Shown here: positions 1 through 11,500 of the stretch, piece after piece
How positions within the stretch are numbered: position 1 is the stretch's first letter
Layout: the number at the start of each line of letters is the position of its first letter
Program-made: the position numbers and the translations under genes
Notes under the pieces: model-generated
What the model was told of the DNA's origin: nothing
What the model saw: only the letters and a program-made list of their open reading frames with translations
Database searches by the model: none
Source of the DNA: Gonapodya sp. JEL0774
Lineage: Eukaryota
Reading direction: 5' to 3'
NCBI GenBank assembly: GCA_027604505.1
Contig: JADIIX010000026.1
Location: 124,001 to 188,000, forward strand
DNA length: 64,000 bases

Positions 1-212
1 CTTCGTGCTGGTGCGACTGTGATGATAGACCATGAACGTATTAGATTAGAATGAGTAGCAAATACCCTTTATCATCTTGTACACGAATCAGGCTGAACTG
101 AGTCCACATGAACGGCGACCTTGGCTGGTGTTTCCGCGCGAAACAGGCCACAGCCTCACAGTTCAAGAAAATAATGGGAACTCAAGCCAAAACCCATCAG
201 TTGATTCAAACT

Positions 213-1956
213 ATGCGATCTCACCTACGTATTCTGCCTACGAGGATCGTGAAATCGATTCATTTGGCATCGCGATCATACAACACGACAGTTGTTCCAG
301 AACAGAAGGAAGACGATGTTTCTCGTTTGCGAACCGGAACCGCCGTCTACGTTCACTGGCCTTGGTGTAATCAGTGAGTGGATTGTGGAAAGTGCTTCCC
401 CTACATCATCATGAGTGAGCTCACTTGCTCCACACCCGAGGATTTGCACCTTTTGCAACTTCAACAAGTATCTGAAACCAACCTCTGAAACCCTCAAGTC
501 TACGACTGAGCGAATGAAACATGCGCTCCTGTCTGAGCTCTCAAATGCCTTGTCAGGAAAGGACGTGGTGGACGCCTTGACACCCTTTCCGACACCAGGT
601 GGACGAAAGGAGGACGTCGAAGTGCTCTCCCCTCCCAAACGTCGCACCAGTGTCCCCAGAATTACAAGCGTTTATTTCGGTGGTGGAACTCCTTCGCTGG
701 CTCCCGTGGACGTGATAGAATCCATTCTCGATTTCCTCAGCCGCAACTGCGAGGTCGCAAACGATGTGGAAGTAACCGTCGAAGGAAACCCAGGAGTGCG
801 TGTTTATTGAGCAGCGGCCCTATTGCACGTCAAAATGAACTTTGCACGTGCAATATGTATCTCTCCCAGACTTTCCCTCGGGATCACCTTCGCGCTCTTC
901 GAGGAACTGGAGTAAATCGAATATCTCTCGGTATTCAAACTTTTCACGACCCTACCCTTCAGTTTTTGAACCGTAATCACTCGACCCTAGACACGATGCG
1001 CACAGTGTCCGATATTTGGGACACCTTTGACATGGTGGAGGACCCTTACTTGTTCGCAACTTCGGGAACTTCTCGTCGCTCACCTGTCCTCAGCGTGGAT
1101 ATCATAACAAACCTTCCCCGACCGCCGATTCAACCCGGCGACACTCCACCGACACTTGCAGATGAACTTTCTCGTGCAGCGTCGTTGAAACCTCACCATA
1201 TGTCCGTCTACGAGCTCACGCTCGAGCGAGGAACCAAATTGTGGGAGCAGGTTCGGCGGGGAGAGGTCGAGGTTGAAACCGGGGACGGAGTGAGGGGAGA
1301 TACGTGGGAATCTGTTCGGAAAGTGAGTCGCCAAGCGGAGCGTCGCTTCGGGAAGTCCTGATATGCCACGATGTATGTGACTCTTCACTTACATCGCAAC
1401 TTCGCAGGTTCTTGAACCCCATGGCTACCATCGATACGAAGTTTCCTCGTTCGCCAAACGGAGTGCGTCGTCAGCTCGTCGCGGCTCCTTGTACCGTAGT
1501 GCGCATAACTCTTGGACATGGCGTGGCGGCGATTACGTCGGTGTGGGCCCAGGTGCCCACGGACGCGTCACGTTGCCAACAACAGATGGTACGATGGCTC
1601 GGTTCCGAACTTACCGCACCTTGGATCCTGCAGGATGGCTGCGTGATGTTGCAGGTATGGGACACGGAACACGACGATCGACGCGGCTATCGCCGACAAC
1701 CGCTATTCACGAGCTGATTGTCTTGGGACTTCGGACGACGAACGGAGTTTTTTCCGGCGATATCGTCGCATTTGTACCAGGATCTACTGCACGTGGGATG
1801 TCAGCACTCGGAAAGCACTTGGATATGGAAGCAGTTCACCGATTTGTTGCTGGTGGCCTGCTCGTTTGGGAGGAGGGGAAGGATAGTGCTCGGTTAAGGT
1901 GCACTTCACAAGGGTTAGCTGTGCTAGATTCTTTGATCAGTGAAATTATAATTTAA
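213..1956 (+). CDS. Radical SAM HemW/RSAD1-like (HemN family) heme chaperone, 4 exons
   Basis: Splicing joins VYVHWPWC to ICTFCNFNKY, giving the CxxxCxxC motif. Also SVYFGGGTPSLA, GVNRISLGIQTF, HMSVYELTLERGT, YEVSSFA and YVGVGPGAHGR. Introns start near 374, 797 and 1323. Confidence 0.9.
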
Positions 1957-2129
1957 CTAACATGGATGACGATGTCGCGTTCAAACATAAAAATGTCTTC
2001 CATGTTTGTGAGGAACCAAATGGAAGATTGTGGAGGGATCACCCCCCTTTCCACCGGCCCTATTGAGTGCCGACTTCGACAACAAAATCCTACTGTCAGC
2101 CATCACTCAATCTAAGCAATCGCGATCAG

Positions 2130-3586
2130 ATGACTCTCGACACTTCGGTACATTTATTTTTCAACCCTTCTTTATTAGCATCGGAATCGTCTCATTAAAC
2201 CTCGGTTTCAGCTCACCTCGCCCGACTGTTGCCGCGTACCGGCCAGCCCTAACTTCAAACCCACTTCCGATTATGTCCCAGTGGGGAAAACACTCCACAA
2301 TGTTTCCGGATGGGGTTTTGATATGTATGTGACCCCCGAAAACCCGGCGAAGGCCAAAGGTGAGATTGTCCGCGGACTTTGATGACGGAACACAAGCCAC
2401 ATTTCTGTAAAATAAATGTGATTCTCATGAATTAGGTGCGATTATCGGTATCTACGATGTGTTTGGGGTACGTGATCCGTAACGAGAGCAATCCGAAGGC
2501 GTGAATGCCAACCTCCCTCCTCCTTTGCATTCCAGGCCCACCCAAACCCTCGTCAAGTTGCCGACAACCTCTCTCGGGCGACCGGCCTGACGGTTGTCCT
2601 TCCTGATGTGTTCCGAGGGAACCCGTGGGACCTGAAGTGAGTAATCGGTTGGTTACCGTGCATCGCAACTCCTCAAACCAAACCATTGGCATTCAGCGAC
2701 ATGCCGCCGAAAGCGGGATTTGAGGCTCTTATCAAGCACATCACAACTCATGCTCCGTATGAGTCAGTGAGCAAGGATATCAAGAACACGATTCAGTGGC
2801 TGAAAGCGAACCTTGGTGTCGAAAAAGGTGAGCTCGCTTTGTCTCATTATCTTCAAGTATAGTTCCCTATTTCTGACTTGATGAATCGCGTCTAACGCCA
2901 GTTGGGTTGGCTGGGTACGCATGGTGCTGCTCTCTCGCCTGATCCCCAGACTTTTAACTGACTGCTGCTGCAGGTTCTGCTGGGGTGCAAAGCAAGTTGT
3001 CAAGGCATCTGCAGAGTTTGGAAACTCTGAAATTGTTGGGGGTGTTCTTTTCCACCAATCTTTCACGGAAGAATCTGATGCCGAAACGGTTCAAATGGTG
3101 TGTAGTTTATGGGCGCATTGAACGCTGAAACCAAGCCTCGAACGCATTTTGATCATTGCCTTTCGGAGTGTAGCCGTTGTGCTTGTTGCCATCTAAAGGG
3201 GAGCCTGACCTGGTAAGGAAAGAGATGGGTGAAGTTTTGTTCGCATTGCTTTGTTGAATTCAAAACTGCCACGGCTTACGCCATGAAGACCAACTATTAC
3301 AATACCCTGAAGAAGCGCTTCGGTGATGTCGTGGTACACCAGCGATTGTGAGTTCTGCCGAGGTCTGACGAGTTTCCCACATAAATACTAAAACGTGGTG
3401 TCGTTACATCAGTGATGATATGCCTCACGGTAGGTAAAGCACCAATTCTGGAAGCTGCTAAGCTCTGACGATTCACGCTGCATAGGTTGGTGCGGTGCCT
3501 CGGCAGACTTTAGTGATCCAGTGAACAGGCAGCGCACAGAGGAGGCTGTGACAATTGCTGCACGCTTCTTTTCCAAGGTTCTGTGA
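2130..3586 (+). CDS. Dienelactone hydrolase family protein (AIM2-like), multi-exon
   Basis: Spliced peptides MTLDTS/LTSPDCC..SDYVPVG, GAIIGIYDVFG, VVLPDVFRG, nucleophile motif GFCWG, and DMPHGW..ADFSDP..EEAVTIAARFFSKVL*. Confidence 0.85.
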
Positions 3587-3959
3587 GTGCTTTTGACAAT
3601 GGCTGCTGCTCTTCAACTTGTCTTTCCTCACGCTATGTATTATATGTAAATCCAGGCCCGGCGCTTCCAACCTGTGAACTCGGAACGCCTCCCTAACCAT
3701 ATTTTAACTAGTTAAAAGTGACAGTTTACGTGACAAGTACGCAGCCAGGGGGCAAATAAATATTTTATACGTTACAGTCCTCACGTGCAGTCCATGAAAT
3801 GGAACATTCAAACAGACTTGTCAAACCATGTTTTCCGAATTTATGGCTCGAAGCTGAGCGCAAGTGGCACTGTATGTAGCAGGACGTGGATCGGCTGGCC
3901 CACAGTCCGAAACTTCAGAAATATATTCACGCATCCACAAACTCCAACACCGTTCCATC

Positions 3960-6115
3960 ATGTCTCGGAAGCTGCCTGCAAACGCGCGTGAGACACTGTT
4001 TCAATCTGTCTGCCAATTGGTTCAAATTTTGGGTGAATTTCATACCCAATTCCGTCTATGCCTTCCCGAAACCGTTGTTGTCCGATTCAGCGACGGCTGC
4101 TCAACAGGAGGCTGCTCTCAAATATGTCAAGCAAGTTCGTGGCCAGCAATCGCGTAAACGTGTATACTCTCCTTCATTTCTGTTTGATTAGGCAGAAGCT
4201 GCAGCTTGGAAAGTCCCAGGCGTTCCATCCGGTGGAATACCTCTTATTCCTATTAAAAAAGTCGGAATCATTGGAGCTGGTACAATGGGTGGTGGAATCG
4301 CGATGAACTTCGCCAATGTGAACATACCAGTTATCCGTGAGTCCGTTTGTCATAACCGCCACGTTTCTGCCGATTTCTCAACCACTCTTGCTCCAATGCA
4401 ACAGTCCTGGAAGTTAAGGAAGAATTCCTCACCAGGGGACTCGCCGTTATCAAACGCAACTATGAAATTAGTGCGTCCAGGGGCCGAATTACAAAAGACG
4501 ATGTGCCAAAACGCATGGCTCTACTCTCCGGAACTCTCGAATATGCCGATCTTGCGGACTGTGATCTGATTATCGAGGCCGTCTACGAGAACATTGAGGT
4601 GAAGAAGGAAGTTTTCCGAAAGCTGGACGCTGTTTGCAAGCAAGGCGCTATTCTCGGTACAAACACGTCTGGCTTGAAGTACGTTCAATGGGGTTATCTG
4701 CAATGATCCGTACTGAAGTTTCAGTCCGCATCTCATGTCCAACCGGTCGACTCACCCTTCCATCACACCAGCATCGATGAAATCGCAAACGCCACGAAGC
4801 GTCCATCCTGGGTAATTGGCTTACATTTCTTCTCTCCGGGTAGGGTTTTCTGCTTTCCGTTAGATTCTTTCGTTGGCAAATTTCGATCCAACCTTGACCC
4901 TTGACTTCATGCCACTCGCTCCACTCTAGCCAATGTGATGAGACTCATTGAAATCGTTGTTGCGGAGAAAACAAGCCTCCCTGTGACCGCAACTTCAATG
5001 GCGATCGCCAAGACCATCGGCAAAGTTGCTGTTCTTTGCAAAGTGTGCCCAGGTTTCGTCGGCAACCGCATTTTGTGGACCAGACAACGAGAGGCCTTTA
5101 AGTTGATCTTCGAAGGAGCACTGCCTTGGGATGTGGATGCGGCAATTTTCAACTTCGGCTACCCTATGGGGCCGTTCGCTATGTCTGACCTGTGAGATTT
5201 TGCGAGCCCGGTTGCGGGTTTACATTAAATGATGTCGAGTTCGCGTGCGGTTTGCCTATAATAGGGTTGGTCTGGATGTCGGATGGAACAAAGAAGCATC
5301 ACGAGGACAGACTGTACGTGACCGCCTTTGCGAAATGGACAGGAGGGGTCAGAAAACTGGAGCTGGATGGTACGGTACGTTCTTGTGGAGATGATCCGAG
5401 TCTGGTCCATCAGGCATTTGAAAAATGAGCACCTGCTTGGTCTTTCTAGATTACGATCCGCAAACTCGCAAGGCCAAGCCGTCTGCTCTCGTCGAGAAAA
5501 TGGTGCTGGATTTCAACAAGGAGAAAGGGTCAGCCCAGCCCTGTTGTGACGTTGAATTCATTATCCCACTGGACAACAGCGTACTGTTGTTCTCTCGTGT
5601 AGGGCCCCTGCTCCGAAGAAGTTCACCCAACAAGAAATTCTTGAGCGGTGTATCTACCCAATGATCAATGAAGGTGCAAAGCTCCTGGAGGAGAAGATCG
5701 CGATTCGACCGAGTGATATTGGTGAGCATAGCACTCCTACATAATGGAAATTTTTATCTTCTGTTCACTACAATGGCTGACACTCGTCTTGGCTAGATGT
5801 GATTTACGTCAATGGTTACGGGTGGCCACAAGTCCGCGGTGGTCCCATGTACTAGTGAGTGAAGCAAGTAAACTTGCAGTGGTGGTTTGAAATAATTGAA
5901 CTGGTTTCGGATGCTATTACAGCGCGGACCAAATCGGCCTCGACAAGGTCCTCAATCGCCTGCGTGAGTGGACCACCCCGGCTACACCTGAGTTCAAACC
6001 ATCTGCATTGTTGGAGAGGATGGTTAAGGAGGGGAAGAAGTTTGCAGACTTGGGAGACGTGGAGGGATGGGAGAAGCCCACTGTTGTGAGAAAGGACATC
6101 AGCTTCTCTTTGTAG
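3960..6115 (+). CDS. 3-hydroxyacyl-CoA dehydrogenase (MFE-1/FadJ-type dehydrogenase half, no hydratase domain), multi-exon
   Basis: KVGIIGAGTMGGGIAMNF Rossmann motif, DLIIEAVYEN, GTNTSGL, GLHFFSPANVMRLIE, PGFVGNR, MGPFAMSD, second C-terminal domain with GYGWPQVRGGPM. Ends DISFSL*. Confidence 0.9.
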
Positions 6116-6150
6116 AGCTACTGCACTCTTGCAAATACAAAAAGTTCATG

Positions 6151-8262
6151 TCAGCTCGTGTTGCCGACCAAGGCACCTCCGAAAACTTCTTTCCAGTCGC
6201 TGCCGTTATTGGGGGGTGCCAGTCCACCAATGCCCAGAAGTCCCGAAATTAAGCCGTATACTTCGACGTTTGGAAACGAATTAATCTTCGAACCCCGCAA
6301 AAAGCTTGGTCCACGCGCTGCAAAAATAGCTTGCATTCGGTCATCTTCATTGGTGAATCCATGCATGCCCGGTATAAACCATGGAGGGCTAGGCACTCTT
6401 GAGAAGGCGAAAAACCACCCCACTGCTGGTGCTGCAACGAGAGGTGCGATTCGCGGGTTGTTGCGATAGTAAAATTGCGAGGGAATTTCATCGCGCAACC
6501 ACACAGAGAACAGGGGAGGAGTTGTTGAAAGCGAGGCATTACGAAGAGTGTGGTACACTTTGGTAAGCGCTGCTCGATTTCCAATCATTAGCATCAGATA
6601 TCATGTAGAAGAGACAGTGTTAAAACCCCACTTTGCTCGTCCGGTGGGAAAAGAAACAGCAGAGGATCCAAAGTGACGATCCAATGGGGATCCAGCGACA
6701 CAATATCAGACAGGTAAATAACCCGGTCGGGGGACATTTGTGCCATCCCATGATCAGATACCTTGCATCGAGAAATTTTATGACCGGGGAAGTTTGACGA
6801 TCGGCCCGAATGGCTCACTCCGCGCAACTCACTACTATGACGTCGACCATGGACCCAAAACCCCCTTTTTCGATTCCATCAAAAAGCTTCCCCAATTCAC
6901 CATCGACTTGTCCGAGCGTAGCGTCAAGCTGTAATGTTACACCACCGGCAGAATCAGATGCGAGAAGGGGGCGATCCACACTCCCACAACTTACACGTCC
7001 ATCGTCGGGTCCGACGGTGTGGCCCATCCCATCCACTTCCGGTACGTACATGCTGACACAACAGAGGTTACACACTCAAGCAATCGTCATAAGGATCTCA
7101 CTTATGAGCGTTGTTATAACAAGTACGCACGTGATCAAGCTTGGTCTGTCGGGTGGGTCCAGCGCCAACAAGCCGAGTACATACTCCACTTTTGTAGACA
7201 CAGGCATATGCGGCTGGAAGCGAACTAGATAAGTAGGGAGTAGAGGGCCATGAGGGGCTTCGGAGCCTATGAACGAGGTTTATGTGCATAAAACGAACGC
7301 TCGAAAAAATCCTAGGTAGACACCATAGAAATTACAGCTGCAATCTTACCTGGCCACATGATACATGCACTCCTCAAGCCCGATTTTTCCACAGTTATCC
7401 AAATGGGCTCCCCTGCTGACCACCACATTTCCTCTCTGTCATCGGAAACGTTCCTGTATGAGAATGTACGCTTTTTCTGTGGATCATAAAATTCATTCGC
7501 TACAATACCGTGCCAAGCGGGGTAGAGGCCCGTGGCTATTGTATAGTGGTTTGGAAATGTCAAGGTTGGGAAGGACGGTTTCATGGATGGGGCACCAACG
7601 CCAGAAGACACTGGAAAGATTCAGTGGGCCAAAGCATGCCACAAATATGTGAAGAGGAAAGAGAAGGGCATTTTGTGAATGTGAATGAGCAGCAAACCGA
7701 TAGACCACCAAAGGGTGAAAAGTACAGTCCCCAGCCACACAAGCTCACCAAACTTTTTTAGGTTAGGAGTAAGCCCACGGCTGAGGTACTCGGAACGAAA
7801 TCCATCGAGCGATATGAGAACTACTGTGTGCTGATACGGAGGTTCGCTGCGATCTCCACTACGCCGACGCAGCGCTATAAGTGCAACTGCAGTTCCAACC
7901 CCTCCAATTATCAGCAGTACTATGACTGCCAGCTTAGCTCTAAATTTGACCTTCGAGGACTGAGCCGCAAACTCTTCCGAGCTGTCACCAATGTCAGAAC
8001 GATCATGTGGCGTGAAAGGAGATTCGTGAAGCGAATGAGAGGAGAATGGTCTCTGCGAGGCCACAGTCTCGTGTAAAAATGTCAAGGAATATATGAGAAC
8101 ACAATGAAAAGGACATGTGATCAAGAAGAGCCCACTCACTCTATGGTTTGGACCGGGAAGCAGGCGCTGTCCTTCCGCAAGCCGATTCTCATTCTCTTCA
8201 TCTTCGCTTCCATCACTGAAACTTGGTTCCAATTGAGGCTCTGCTGCGACGGGGCGAGCCAT
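6151..8262 (-). CDS. Type I phosphodiesterase / nucleotide pyrophosphatase (ENPP/NPP1-like), type II membrane protein
   Basis: N-terminal TM helix, VVLISLDGFRSEYL, PSFPTLTFPNHYTIATGLYPAWHGIVANEF, VDGMGHTVGP, VSDHGM, GMHGF, MQAIFAARGPSF. Confidence 0.92.
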
Positions 8263-8508
8263 TGCTGGAGCACGATCGGCTCACTTATCGGCGGGGTACG
8301 GCGGATGAACCACAGCAGCTCCCAATACCAACAATACATAAACCCAAAGAATACACACTTGTACGTCGTATACGGGTTGGCTCTTTGATTACCAGCACAG
8401 GAAGTTCCCGCTGTATTGAACGGGCCTGTCATTACATCGAGCTCACATTACTTCAAATACGTTGAGACCATATATAGAAATCAATACAATTCCTGGAGAC
8501 TAACTGTT

Positions 8509-11500
8509 TTAATCCTCTTGTTTGCTTTTTGAGAGTTGCGAGTCAATCCACTTTCTCACATCACTTGATGACCAAACCCCAATTTGCCTCAATTGGTTTT
8601 GTACCTTGAGCTGCATTTTTAGATACATCTGTTCTTCCTCTGCACTCAAGGCTCCAACGGGAGGGCGTTCAGGCTCACATTCAAGTCGGAAGTCGGTCAC
8701 ACGAACAACATCATTGTCGAGACCAAGCTTGGTGACGTACTCCATCTTCCATGGAAAAATCGATACAGTTGGCACGAACAAGCATTGTGAGCCGCACACA
8801 ATGGGACCTACTCGTTTTTCCTCCATCTCTTCCGGACTTCTGAGGAAACCTTCGTATCGAGATGCTTCACCAGGTACATTACAGGTTACTGAGGGAACTA
8901 TGAAATTGAACGTGTAAAACACACACACCTTGATTCAAGCAAAGTAAAAGAGGGAAGAAGGCTGACATGGGCCGAATCACGTCTGCGAATGCTAAGACCT
9001 CTTCATCCACTCGATTCCCGAATTTGAACACGCAAATGATCACTGATGCTAGCACTGAGCAATTCAGCATTGCCTTCTTCAACGATTCAGCAACTGCAGC
9101 AGAAACTTTATGACCGGTACCACCGGTTACGCCAGTGTACCCGGGAAAGTCTGGTTTCCAAACACGACAAGCTCATTCTCCAATCCAGTTCGCAAGGTTG
9201 AAACACAATAAACCCACCAACAAGAGTTACATTTGCCCCAGGAACCTCATAAAATGTCAGTCTCTCCGTGTGTATACTGTAATCAGCACCTTCTACTGAT
9301 GCATTTGGGTACATTTGTTTCAGGGCAGTGCTCTTCCCGTGCTTTTGTGGACCTGATACTAACATATCAGCAATTTCTCATCTCAAAAAGCGCATAAAAC
9401 TCACCGATAGCAGCAACAAATGCAGTATTCAACAAACACCTTCTGACTTCTGAGATTAGACACACCATTCTGATGCGGTTGTGCCATTCCACGAGTGTTC
9501 TGTCCGTCACGTTATCTTCCGAAAGCTTTCCACCAGGCAAGAATATGCCATTGTGTCGTAATTCGTCTGCATCAAGATCAAGACTCATGTGTGGTGATGC
9601 TCGCCTCCAAATCAATTTCTCCAGTTGGAAAGTTGTTAGCTTCTTGTTTGTCCTTCTGGGACGTTTCGGTTTGCTTTGCGTAGTTGAGAAACTCCTCCAA
9701 TTTGAATCCACAGAGGCTGGAGTAGCGCGCTCCAGGACACCGATTTCCTCGCAGAGATTTTCGAGCGTGCTTCGGTAGACCTCTTCTCGTGCTCTGATTT
9801 CCTTGTTCAGGTACTCAAAATTTCGAGACGCCATCAATCCCACAATACCACCCGCAGTCGATGATCCAAGAGCCAAGTACATCAACGGAGCGATTGTGAC
9901 AAGCATTGGAGCCATGTAAACAGCGAGTATGCCAAGAGCTGCTCCTCCGAATGCACCCGCGGCACTGGCTCCCGCTTGTTCAGCTGTTCCCATTCGTTTG
10001 CGGATTACAAGGGGAGAAGACATTGCCTCAAAAATCTCAATGACTGGTTGCTGGCAAGCCTGCATAACCTTTTCCAAGCCATCTGTTCCGTGCTGAACGC
10101 GCAATTCATTCAGAATTGTCTTGAAAGAACGATATCCCGGCTTACGACACAATGCTTCCAGTTTCTCGAGGTAGTCACCGAGCAGCGCACTTTCTTGCCA
10201 GTGAAAGATGGTACCTGCATAGTAGCGCTCGAGAGCTTTGTAGAACAGTTGCACCTGACGACGAGCTCAGGTTGATAACTAGAATGAAGTATAGAACACA
10301 CTGATCTAAAGCCTCACCATGAATTCGTTCTTCAAACGCGAAGCCAGATCGTACTTTGCCCCGTCCGTCCACATTGCATCTGACATTTGGAAGGTGGTCT
10401 CACCAAAATGCGTGGTCAGGGTTATCACAGCCATCATTCGATCCCCAGTTATTGCGGAATGTAGGTATCCTTCCGTAACGGGCAATGAATGGATACACAA
10501 CCATTCGGCCCCATTGGTATGACAATCAAGCTCACCTCGACACACTAAGCATTCCAATGTGCTTCGTTCTTCATCGACTTGCAACACAATTGGATCCTCA
10601 GTGAGTTTTTCTATCAAAACTTTAACTTTTGAACTGCCCGCGACCCGAATTCTCCCCTTTTCAATGAGCTGTGCCGCAGTTTCCACAAACGCTTGCGCAG
10701 CAACAAAAGGTGTTCCAGCAGAAGAGTTTTCTATGGGGGGGGTGTCTTGCGCGAATCGTTCCTTCACACTGATTCCACCTGTCAGGTAATCCAAGCTCCG
10801 TCCTCGAATTTCTACTTCAATAACTTTAAGTTTGTCCTCCTCGTCGTCGGATTCTTCGCGCCCATTATGCTTGCCATTGTCCGTTATCTGCCCGCCGTCT
10901 ATGTCCATGCTTTCAGCCTCCGTCTCCTTGACAAGTAGGAAAGGCTCGGATGAAGCTGAGCCCTCGCCCTCGCCCTGCGCTGCTCCAATTACCAATGCCG
11001 CGTTTGTGGTCTCCTGGCGCTTCACTTCCCTCACGACGACCTTCCTTCGTGACCTCGCCTGCTTCAACTCATTGATCCACACCCTATCGATCGATGGGCT
11101 CAATAAATCTGTCCTCACATAATTCGGGGCAGTATTGGAAGCGCCACCAGTGCTCATGTTTATGTGAGTGTCTTGACCCTCCACGGTAGCTCGCACGAGG
11201 TCGGGGTTGAGCTCCACTTTGATGAGCCCTTTACGGTCAAGGAATCGAAAGATTTGAACCGCGTCGTGATCGGATGCTGATTCTACTTCGGCTGCGCAGT
11301 GATACGATTTAACGATGCGTTTACTGCGACACGTTGTGTATCGCACAAGAGACGAACCTGGCCCTAGCATTACCCTGATTTCCTCCGGCCTCGTCTCAAA
11401 CTTTGTGACGTACTCTCCCTCACTCTCTCTCAATTTCTTTATGAAAATGTACCTCCCTAGGGGATGATACATCTCCTTCATCCCCTTCACCCAATCCTTC

